Part shown: one piece after another, positions 52,613 through 64,000 of the stretch | How positions within the stretch are numbered: position 1 is the stretch's first letter | How the letters are laid out: every line of letters begins with the position of its first letter | Assembly (NCBI GenBank): GCA_003971905.1 | Contig: RSEE01000011.1 | Span: 186,001 to 250,000 of the forward strand | Direction of reading: 5' to 3' | DNA: 64,000 nucleotides | Source: Moniliella sp. 'wahieum' | Lineage: Eukaryota | The notes under the pieces: generated by a model | What the model saw: the letters and a program-made list of their open reading frames with translations, nothing else | Database searches by the model: none | Told to the model about the DNA's origin: nothing | Program-made: the position numbers and the translations under genes

Positions 52613-54770
52613 TGGTCTAGGTACTGTTTGACTTTAATTTGACGGGTCACATACACATACCCACCGGCTGTGCGTATGACCCTGTGTCCTAGATATTCCT
52701 TGACCCTTTTGACCCTTTGTGTCGTGTGTCTCGTCGAGCTCATCACGCATTGTTTGCCGTGGATTGCATTTCCTTTTCCTCTGGTATATACGGCACCATT
52801 CCATGCAGCCTGAATGAATATTGAATACCATATCGGCATTCAAAGCAATCATTTCCTTCACTGTTACTTCGCGCAAACCCAATCGAACGGCCACTGCGTT
52901 TTCGTCGCCGGTCGTGATCCTCAGGCTCCGCTGCCATTCGCTTCGAAACCGGATGTAGCGCGAGTAGATATGAATGGGGTGGTGGCAGACAAGTGTGTGA
53001 GCGATGATCATTTCCACTCTCTGCACTGGTTAATATTCCTTCCAGCACAAACATCTGAGAGTTGTTTTGGTAGCCTGTTGGTGGCATGTATCATGCGCAT
53101 GCCGACATATTAGCCAGAGGGGGGAGAACGCGAGTCTGGAGTGTATCCCTGAATTACTTAGAGCACTCTCTTGCCGCGTTTGCTCCAGCACAGTCGATGC
53201 TCTTTCCGTCTTTTTTTTCCACGTGCGTTGTTGTCTCCTCGTGTGCACCATTTCTGGTACGCAACCTTAGCTTCGCCTTCGCCTTTTCCCCCCGGAGTCC
53301 CGGAGGGCGCGGTCCAAAACACCTCCATATTGATGGCATCTCCCTAAGACGGCCTGATCTCCTGATCGACCCATCAAATAGCTTATTCTTGTAAGCTGAG
53401 GCTCAGCGCTCATACATCATGCATCATGCATCATGGCGCTTTCCGACCTTGTGTGAACACAGAAGGGAGAGACAGAAAAAAAAGGGAACAAAACGCGACG
53501 GTGGTAGTATATCTAATCCGGGCGCGCGAGTGGCGGAACACGGCATAGGCAGTCCCTCTTGGTTGCCATCAGGGACGCTTCCCGAGAAAACCACATGACA
53601 AGCGTGGTGCCCACCACACTACAGACTACACCCAATTCCAACGGAGCCGTTATCGACAGGAGCGGGGGTTGACGTTACTAGTTACTGTGGAGCAAGTGCT
53701 ATACATGAAGCTTGAAGTCGCTTATAGCTAGTACATATATACGGGCTTGTTCTTTGAATTACATACTAGTTTCTACATGTATCGAGTGTCTTCCTCTGGT
53801 TTGATTAACTGAGTACGTTTAGTACTTACCAGATGAGTGTACTTGGGGTAATACTTGTCCCTTCTACACACTACGGGGTACCGGTAATGCATAATGCCCT
53901 GTATGGTATTGCATATTGCGTGGGTGTCGCAACAGAGGGTGTCGCCTGGTGTTGCTCGTTCTGGTCGGCCATGCCGCGGCTGCAAGTCACCAACTAGTCA
54001 GGAGGCCTAGCGCCTCACCGGTCACCGGCAGGCTTCACCGGCCTCACTAGTGCGACGAGTACTAGAGTACTGGTGAAGCTAGTGACTAGTGACTAGTGTG
54101 AAGAGCTAGTGGAGCTTGAAGCTTGAAGCTTGAAGAGATTATCGATTAGCGTGAGATCCGAGAGATCTGGGATCGATGAGAGCTAGTAATAACTAACTAG
54201 TGTGACATGTGCCGTAATACACCCCTGAGATCCTGAGAGGCCCTCAGCGCCTCAGCGCCTCAGCCTGAGGAGGACAACCCCCACCCCCAGGGCACTGAGC
54301 TGGTGCCCGGCTAAGTAGAGAACTGAAACCCCATGTTTCATGTTCGAGGATCATAGGTGATCAGCCGATGCGGCCCAGGCAGCAGGGCTGTACTGGTGCT
54401 CTCATGTGGCCCCGTGCGGCGCCAGCACAGGGGCTGTGTGGAGTTGCGCGGATCGTACAGAGTGTAACGTGTATCCCTCGGCATCCCAATACGGTGGGCT
54501 TGAGAAAAATGGTCTGATCGGCCTGAGCAAACGAGCAACTCCACTGGTGGCGTTGACTCCCTATGCTCCTCTGCCCTCGTTCTGATCAGAGGGGCGGGCG
54601 GGTCATGGCGGTTATGCCAGCCATAACCGCCAGGCTGTTCGACGTTCGCTACGGCATCTCGCTCCCAGAAAGAGCCAATCAATATCTCCCTCCACTACCA
54701 CCGCTCCTCTTCTTCCTCCCCAGGCCCACCAGCCCCCACCCCCTCCGCCCCTCACATTCTTTTGCACACG

Positions 54771-56994
54771 ATGCGCTGGACTGCGATCGCCGCTGCCACC
54801 GTTCATGCGCCCTCGGCGCTCGTGCAGGGCATCACCCCTCAGTTCATCACCGCTCCGCCCCTACCCTCACCCCTCCCACGTCCCATGCCTCCGGCATCGA
54901 GCTGCCCTCTTTAACCTCAGACGCGCGAGTACACACTCGAGCTCAGCAACCAATGGCTAGCTCCTGATGGTTTCTGGCGCCAGACCTTTGCCATCATGGT
55001 CAAACCCTGGCCCCCCATCGAGGGCAATGAAGGGGACACCTTCCGCATCACCATCGTCAACAACCTCGGCATCCAAACATCGATGCACTGGCACGGCCTC
55101 GACGTGCTATGGATCAGGATGGTATGTCACCTATTCACCATCTTTCTTGAGTTTTTCCTAACTTCCCAACCTTTCAGGCGTGCCCGGCGTGACTCAGTAC
55201 AACATCTTGCCCTACTCGAACTATACGTACGAGTGGAAAGCGAAGAACTACGGTATCCATTATTACCACTCGCATGCCTCCGCCACCTACGCTGATGGTC
55301 TGCGTGGCCCCATCATTCTCCACCCGAAGCCGTCTCATCTTCGCCCTTGGGAGGCCATTTCCAAGAACAAGGATGACCAACGCGCCATGGAAGAAGCATA
55401 CCACAAAGCTGGGCCTCTCCTTCTTCATGACTGGCGTCATGAGACCATGGAAAGCGCCCTGACTCGTTACCGCTTCACGGGCCAAGACCCGTACTGCATC
55501 GACTCTCTGTTGATCAACTCACAGGGCCGTAGCTATTGCTATGATGTGGACTACCTTAAGCCCATGGCGGGTCTCCAAGCACCCTACATTGACGGCCTTG
55601 ACTCGAACGGATGCGTTGGGCCAGTTTTTGGATTTAAGGGTCAATTCGCCAAGGTCAACCCCTCCACATGCCAAAACTCTACCTCAGCAATTGGGGAGTA
55701 TAAGTCCTCGGAGTTTGGCTCTGCGGACGGCAAGTTTGCCGCTTTTCACATTCTCAATGGTGGAACTGAATATGAGACGTGCTTCTCTATTGATGGTCAC
55801 GACATGTGGGTTGTTGCTACCGACGGTTCCTTTGTCAAGCCCCAGAAAGTCCAAATTCTTGACACCCAACTCGGCCAACGCTACACGGTGATGGTGCCTC
55901 TTCAGGAGGAGGGACGGTATACCATGCGCGCATCCCTTTGCAACAACATGCCTCAGTTGAAGTCGGGCTACGCTGTGCTGGACGTGGACAAAGCAGCTTC
56001 GAAGAAACCTGAATCCAAAGTGAGCGTCACCGTCAAGAACGACGATCTGGACGAGGAGCCCGACACCGATGATGATGACGACGAAGAGGAAGACGAGGCC
56101 GATTACGAGAAGCGTGCAGGAAAGAACCTCCTTTTCAAGGAAGGCAACAGTCTCCCTGAGATTTCCGTTGGCCTCATTAACCCTAATGTTCAGCCGTACC
56201 TTGCTGGCCCAAGCCAAAAGCATCTCCCTCTTCAGAAGCCCAAGTTTAGCAATGGTATGAAGCCAAGTGAGGGTATGCATGTTTCCAACGACTTGGGCAC
56301 GGAGGGAAAGCAGTGGATGCTCTACAATGGCTCGGCCATTGGCAGCGCCAAGGTTTCCAACTATTCCACCATGCATCCTTGGGACAAGCATGCTCCGCCC
56401 GCTAACTCGACCCATACATTCAAGTTCAACCTCAACATTACTAATGGTGTGTCATGGGCTCTCAACACACAACCGCTCTCTGGCCTCACATCGCAGCTCG
56501 ACCCTCTCCTGTGGTCCAAGCACCGCCCTCAGGGTCCCGACTTCCACCACAGCATCATCAGTGTGCCCGTTGGTGCGGTGGTGGACGTGATTCATCAAGC
56601 AGCCAGCACTCACCTGGGTAACCCCGCTCATCCCATCCACAAGCACCAGAACAATGTGTGGATTCTTGGTATGGGTACCGGCGAGTTCCCATACAACTCA
56701 GTTGAAGAGGCCCAGGCCAAGCAGCCCGGATTGCTCAACTTGGTTAATCCTCCACTCCGTGACTCGTGGCACATCCCCGCTGGGGGCTGGGTGATTACGC
56801 GTCACGAGGTGTTGGAAGACGGCGTCGTTCCCTGGCATTGCCATATTGTTGTTCACTTGGGAAGTGGCATGATGGTTCTCTGGGCTCAGGGTGACGCTAT
56901 CCCCACTTCCCAGATCCCTTCCAATGTGCTCCATGCCCCACATGCGCCTCCCCAGTACATCCCCGAGGACGGGGTGGTTGGCCTCGACGTGTAA
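54771..56994 (+). CDS. Secreted laccase-like multicopper oxidase (AA1)
   Basis: Signal-like MRWTAIAAA; copper motifs SMHWHG, YYHSH, HPIHKH, WHCHIVVHLGSGM (Met axial ligand); intron 55122-55178 and probably one more near 54842-54920. Confidence 0.94.
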
Positions 56995-58163
56995 GGGTTA
57001 CACGTTATGTGTCGCTCTGGCGATATCTTTTGCTGCACATCTCAAGTCCCCTATTTCTTTTATTTTCTTTCATGAGCTTCATTCAACCGTATTGTTATGA
57101 TGCTTGTTTACGCTTCAAATGCCTAAACCGTCAGCGACCTAGGTTAGGCCGTTATTGGCGACGTTCTTTTGTCTTTTTGGTCTCCACCTAACATGATTTG
57201 CCACGCTTCCATCGAATGACTCCTGCCATGAACGATTTTTTTTCTCCAGTGTATTTGACTTGTATTTGACTGGAGGCTGATGCAGAAAGCGTGTTGACAT
57301 TGTAGTGCAAGCATTTTAATACTACTCAGTACTCACATCCATTGACGGAGATGGATTCCAACACTTGCCGGTATGGGCACGTGTACACCTAATAGGATTG
57401 TCGGGCTAATCCTCTCTGACAATGGCAGTGTCACGGACCTGGCTAGCCATGTTGGCGATGGGGAATGGATGTGGTATTCCAGGGCTAAGGAGAGCTAGTA
57501 GACCTATGGGCCGTGATAGGCTCCGGGCTCGGAGGCCAGTGGAAGTTCGTAGAAGGTCCGGGATACACTACTCTGATGCACTGTGTGTATCAGAACACGT
57601 GTCACTGACCACTGAAGGCTGATGGGCTCTCGACCACTAGTGGTCAACATCCTGGTGCTTCCGGGGCTCTCGAGGTGTGCGATTGCGTAGAGTTTTCGGG
57701 TTTTGGCTAGAGGTTGGGTACCGCGGTTATTATAGTTTTGTTGTCGGGCACGAAAGAGAAGGAGAGGCTCTCTACTCTGAACTCTTCACTCTCCTCTTTT
57801 CGTCTTTTGGCCTCTTTCTTCTCTCTTGATCGATGATCTCCCTGTGAACTTTTGCCAGCTGCTGACGCTCGTGGCGCCACTCCTCAAGGGATCGTCTGGT
57901 ATCCTCAGCTCCACTTCTAGTCGCGTCCGGTCGGGTCCACGCCCCCACTAGAAAAATGCCTTATTAATTAATTGTCCGTTTCGACTTGCTGGAGATTGCT
58001 GTGGAACGGGGGACGCAGAATATTGAAACGGATTGCTCAGCGGCTCGGCCTCTCGGTCTCAGCGGACAAAGCTACACTGCCCTTCTGCTTACACCGAGAC
58101 AGCCCCGGAAAAAAATGTGGCGGAGGAAGCTTGGCGAACGGCGATGTCGACGTCAACCGCTGC

Positions 58164-58170
58164 TGACTCT
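58164..58170 (+). promoter_or_regulatory. Possible Gcn4/CpcA site (TGACTC) upstream of DAHP synthase
   Basis: TGACTCT about 70 bp before the ATG; yeast ARO3/ARO4 are Gcn4 targets. A hexamer can occur by chance. Confidence 0.3.
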
Positions 58171-58237
58171 TCGCAGTTATTTTTAACCCGTGCCGGCTTC
58201 CTCTCTTCCACCGTCCCACCCACCCCACACTATCACC

Positions 58238-59375
<1,138 letters not shown>

Positions 59376-60079
59376 TCGAATTGAGCTAAAATGCGCAATA
59401 AATCCTTAACTTTTTCGTCCCTCGCTTTGCCATGCTCATGCCCATGTGGCACATGCGCTACCGGGTTACTGTGCTTTTCATTTTCTCTGGGTCCACTGGA
59501 TGTTGCACTAGATGTTCTCAAATTCCGCACGCATTCCCCTCGTCGTACTCCAGCGGCAACTACTATGCCTATCGGGGGCCGCTGACACCCTGCTCTGTGC
59601 GACGAGTCGCGGGTCTTGTGCACGCATCAATTCAAACATACTCCTCATACTTTTGCTCCCTTTCGCTGTGCATATCTATAGCGCAGGATATGAATACAGA
59701 CAGCAGCAGTCGTCTATCCCAGGCTCTCTCATTCGGGGTTTGTAGAGCGCTAGCATGTAACAGCGTCTCACCCAATTAAGAGGCCGATGGCGTTGCTAGC
59801 AGGTTACGAGTTACGTGCCACCAGCCACTTCCCTCGAAATCGTGCAAGTATGTGAATACGGATTTAGCGTCCACGTGTAGAACGTGTGATGAACGTTGAA
59901 ATATTCCCGTAATGCAAACCTTGGTGTAACCCTACTTCTGTCCCACAGTGCCGGCTATTATACTGGTGCTGCGGTATATTTCTAACCCTACTCCAGCTTC
60001 CTCGTCCAAAGGCATTGCCCCCGGCGAGGGAGACTCCCTTCTTCTAACCCCACCGTTGCAAACCGAACTTCTCGACAAC

Positions 60080-60663
60080 ATGGCTTCCTCCGACCTCCAG
60101 TGGCTGCTCACCAAGAAGAGCAACGCTTACATCGTTAAGCAGCAGCAGGTTCCCCTGTTCTTCTCGCGTGAGGCGGGCAACCTCGCTGCCCTCAACCAGG
60201 CCAAGGTAAGTGCTCCCGAGCCACGTCCACCTCCCCTGTTCGCCCCTTAGCCCTTACGGCTCTAGTCGGGTTTGGTCCTCATGAGACGCCCAGATTCTCT
60301 ACAAACGGAATCGGGAGCTAGTTCTGACACCCATCGATTGTGCAGTACTCGACGGTTTTCCCCGCCGCTGTTGGTGTGGCTCCCGCGAAGAACGGCAAGG
60401 GCGTTGTCGTTTCGCAGAAGAACCCCAAGGCCTCGTCGCAGGACGTTGCTCGTCAGTTCAACACCAACACGGTTACTGGCGGTGCCCGCCGTGCTGCCGG
60501 CATTGTCTCCCGCAGGTCTCGGCCACCGCCCCGACCTGCACAGGGCTGCCGTCGCCAAGACCCAGGGCATCATTCATGCCCAGAACGGTGGTGTGGCCCC
60601 TCGCCCTCCCGCAAGGCGCGTGGCACCAAGAAGACCGTCGTCGCCGTCGAGGAGTCGGCCTAA
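60080..60663 (+). CDS. RPL28: 60S ribosomal protein eL28 (L28e family)
   Basis: MASSDLQWLLTKKSNAYIVK...FSREAGNL; RPDLHRAAVAK; intron 60205-60344. Confidence 0.9.
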
Positions 60664-61072
60664 GTCTTTCGGGCTTAGCTCTAACGTTACAGTCATCTTG
60701 CGCTGCCTGGCTTGTCAGTCGGTCATGCCTGGGATCCTGGATCCTTCTAAAATGATCCATATGCGCACCGCTAGTGCCTAGGACCTCACCTCGTCCATGT
60801 TCATTTCTCTTGAGTAACCCGTAGTGTCATAGTGTTGTCTTGTTCAAACGCCTTCTCCCTGATGCTCCTTGGGGGGGGGACCCCAATACTCGATGCCTCC
60901 TCGTCTCGAATCAAAGTTGCACCAGTTCAGATGCGGAAATCGGAAGAGTGTAGCAGAGCTCTTATGAAACTTTCTTGCTGGACTGATCATAGTGGCCGAA
61001 GCTTGAATCCGCTCTCTCGTCACCACCATTGGGGCTCAGCACGTCCAGCTCACCTTTCAACCCAAAACTACC

Positions 61073-61516
61073 ATGTCGCGCGTGGCCTACGCCTACTTTG
61101 CTGGCGCCGTCGTCGTCACGGCTGTAACGGTGTATGGAGTGCACTACATTCAAAAGGCTGAGAATGAGGTATGTACCTATTGCTATTGGTTTCCGGGTGC
61201 CGCTTACTACTGCCCAGGGGAGGACTGAGAGGACGCCCACCCTCTCTCTTCTCCGCTTCTACTCCTAAGCCCCGGGAATGCCCTTGATTTAAACAAGTGA
61301 AGCTACATACTAACCTCATGTTCGACGATTCAGGCTATATGCCGGCGTGGTGCGGGATGCAGCGCGGCAAGAGAGTAAACGGAAGGAGCAAGATGAGCGG
61401 GCTGCTAACCTCAAGATGAACAAGAACGGGAGGCTCGTTTCCAACAGATTCAGCCTACCCGAGAGTTCCTCCTAAGGAGGCAAGAGGAGCTGCTGGAGCA
61501 CGAGACTATACATTAG
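61073..61516 (+). CDS. PET117: Cytochrome c oxidase assembly factor Pet117
   Basis: MSRVAYAYFAGAVVVTAVTVYGVHYIQKAENE, intron about 61169-61333, then AGVVRDAARQ; 3' end approximate. Confidence 0.8.
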
Positions 61517-61696
61517 TGTCTTCTCTGGGTCTTTCCCCTCGTGCCGTTTCTTACCGATATCTGCTTTACCCCATCTATTATCTCCACTTGTGCACAAAGT
61601 CACTACTCTGCTAGCCAATCCTGACCCTTTGGCCTAATCCATGCTCGTCATGAGATGGTATAACATGAACAGAGACGGCTGTATGGAAGAAGTGCA

Positions 61697-62270
61697 TCAT
61701 GCATCAGCATTTTTGGAGAGCAGTTCCCAACCCCTTAGCTCTGATTCTCGCTCTCGCGCCAATTGTTGGATTTCCGCGAGGAGTTGCCTCATCTCCTGAG
61801 GGGCCGATGGTGATGTTCCCGGGCTTTGGGTTGCACTTGAGGAGAGTAGGGCATGACAGTCGATAACCTTGGCTGGCCAATACTTGGAGGCTGCTGTGGC
61901 AGCTGCGGCACTAGCTGCGTGGCGGCCAGCGTCGTCAGTGGGGGCGGGCAGAGGATCGGGTCCGCCAACAAGGTCCATAAACTGATCCCAGGCAGGGGTG
62001 AAGCGGGTTTCCTCCTCCGACTTGTCCCCATAAGCATCGACGACTAGCATGGCAGCGCGCCATGCCTCGAGGCTGTTTACCTCGATGGCTGCCAGGCGAG
62101 CTTGCCAGGCTGAGGACGGATCGATCCAGGGCTGGAGCAAGGATGGGCCTCGTCCTTGATCACGCTTCCTTGCAATGGCAAAGAGCTCAAGGTCGTTAAC
62201 GACATCGTCGGATCGAGGCAATTCACGAGGGGGGCGTCGCCGACAAGCATGGGGTGAGAGGGGCTCATGA
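61697..62270 (-). CDS. Hypothetical protein
   Basis: 174-aa ORF ending in a coiled-coil-like EMRQLLAEIQQLARERESEL; start uncertain. Confidence 0.45.
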
Positions 62271-62554
62271 GGTCAGATGGAAGGGAGGACAACTTGGGGC
62301 GAACACAGATTGAACACTGGCAGCCATCTCGTCATGATCATGCAATGAGGCATCGCTTTGCCCCGGTCGATGGGCCACGTCGCTCGGCCAATGCCAGCCC
62401 AATTTCAACTGTTCATTTCACACGCGTGTCAATTAGCAACTACAGATGCAGCTGATGCCGATGGCAATCAATCACTGTCCATGTTCCTGCCGTCATCTCC
62501 ATTCTGCATCCATATCATTGACAGAGCTTAAGGCTGGGGCAAGGGGAACGCTAC

Positions 62555-63330
62555 GTCTAAACCGATCCGTTCATCTTGCGGGGGTGCTTGGAAGCGCCTC
62601 CAAGATTAAGGAACCAGGGGGATCGCCAGGATATCAGGACCCTCTGGTTCTCGCCATCCGGTCCCGTACCCTATAGCAAGCGCGTGTGGATACGGATGAA
62701 CGTGGTAGACATCCGAGCGAGGAACCATTTCCATTGAGACTCAGTAGCCAAATCCTTCCAATGCGCAAATAGTATCTTCCCCGCTGTCTTGGTGCCGTAG
62801 TATCCTCGCGTCGTCAAAACCAGGGGAAAAACGGCTCTTGAGTGCGTCCTTGGTACTTGGCGTTCTGTCGCATTCTGCTTGTTCCAGCAGCCGAAGCACT
62901 GGCTCCTTCTCCCGGCGTTCCAAATGCGTCGCAGTGCTCTCATGTACCACTCTCCGGTACGCGCTCTACGCCTCCAGAGATCCCGTGTCGCGCAGCGCGT
63001 GGTTTACCTCCATTCCGGATCCTCCGATTGCTCCAGGCCCCATTACGCGGTAATCAGGGCGCTGTCCCCTCCGTCCGCGCCTCGTCCCGTCCTCATCCTC
63101 CACAGTAGGTTCGTTTATGGATGCGGGTGTCAGGGATGGAGCGCACGAGCTGGAGATGGGCTCCCGCCCTGCCTCGTGCAAACGCACTAAACTTGGCCTG
63201 GGAGCGGATGCAAAGCCACGATGTGCTCCAACGAGGACATAACGCCGCCCCTGCATATGCTGCGCGTGGAACGGCACAGCGTGCAAGCTGGAGACCAACC
63301 TGAACCTGCTGTCATAGCTTGGGGCACGGG
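62555..63330 (-). mobile_element. 3' fragment of an RLE-type (CRE/Cnl1-like) non-LTR retrotransposon, copy 2
   Basis: Minus strand across frameshifts: Cys/His cluster, RLHE, NEP...QRPDYRV, ERREK, FPLVLTTRGYYG, FLARMSTTFIR, in the order expected for a restriction-like endonuclease domain. Confidence 0.65.
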
Positions 63331-63429
63331 GAGGACGAATGGCGTAGAGCCAATTGTGGCTCAGCGGGTTGCTGTGCTCAACCACAGGCGACCATCGGCA
63401 CGTCCCTGGAGCACTCTGTCGACTGGGAG

Positions 63430-63497
63430 CGGTGTGGCTACGGTGGCGACGCAGCACCAAGTGGGGCGAAGCCCAGACGGCCCGGTGGTCTCCTCGT
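63430..63497 (+). mobile_element. Degenerate Helitron-like 3' terminus homologous to 46505-46689
   Basis: GTGGCTACGGTGGCGA...GCACCAAG..GGGGCGAAGCCC...GGCCCGGTGGTCTCCTCG-T. Confidence 0.5.
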
Positions 63498-64000
63498 TAA
63501 CTATTACATATTGGTCACCTGACCGGCCACACAACCTACTGCCACATCTCGTCCAAATGCCTCAGTCCCGGAGTAATCGAAGAAGAGAGGCTTGGATGTG
63601 GATATCCACTGCCACTACCGCACCCAGCACATGCTGTCTTAGGAAGCAACGCCCTTCCCGTTTACACAAAGAAGTGACAGCGACGGAGAGTAATTTGGAC
63701 ACATTATTTGACCACACTTCTCATTTGCGGCAAAAGCGTATAATACCACAGTGTTATACGTGTGCACATGTGTTGGATATCTCGCATTATCGAGATCGAT
63801 AGCGCGATTGTTGTTGAAAGAGGCACAATGAGCTTTTGTGGGTGAAGGAGATAGAGAGAAGAGATATACAGAGACAGACTGGAATAGCTATGACACTTCA
63901 TTATGGGCCCAGAAGTAAGAGTCCCTCCTACGTCGGGAGCGAGCCCGTCCAGCGGGAGCATGGCACTGCATATCACGGCCCACACTGCTGCACTCAACGG

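Noticed and set aside
52634..53394. Short ORFs right of the 3' LTR
   Set aside because: No recognisable domain or consistent coding frame; cannot support a gene.
60205..60344. Possible intronic snoRNA in the eL28 intron
   Set aside because: No convincing C/D box pair or H/ACA double hairpin found by eye.

Overview
GC-rich, intron-poor fungal genomic DNA, most likely a basidiomycete (Ustilaginomycotina-like; inferred from gene style and intergenic repeats). Nearly every gene, including highly conserved ones, carries small frameshifts. I read these as uncorrected assembly indels, so gene ends are approximate. Genes in order: MAPK C-terminus, SIN3, LAT1, GH5 exo-glucanase, PRO2, a fungal CSL (Su(H)/LAG-1) transcription factor, HOG1, an orphan, a KIN4-like kinase, DMA1-like FHA-RING ligase, DHX35, MAK5, a laccase-like multicopper oxidase, DAHP synthase, eL28, PET117 and an orphan. 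Positions 41124-52612 hold a young Ty1/copia element (near-identical LTRs, TGGTC target duplication). Its gag is split by a 4.8 kb CACTG-ended CACTA-type DNA transposon with no visible target duplication, which itself contains Helitron-like 3' ends. There are also two remnants of an RLE-type non-LTR retroelement, a predicted three-way RNA junction just after the gag stop, and a recurrent intergenic heptamer pattern (TGA plus a palindromic tetramer). No rRNA, tRNA or CRISPR array could be supported.
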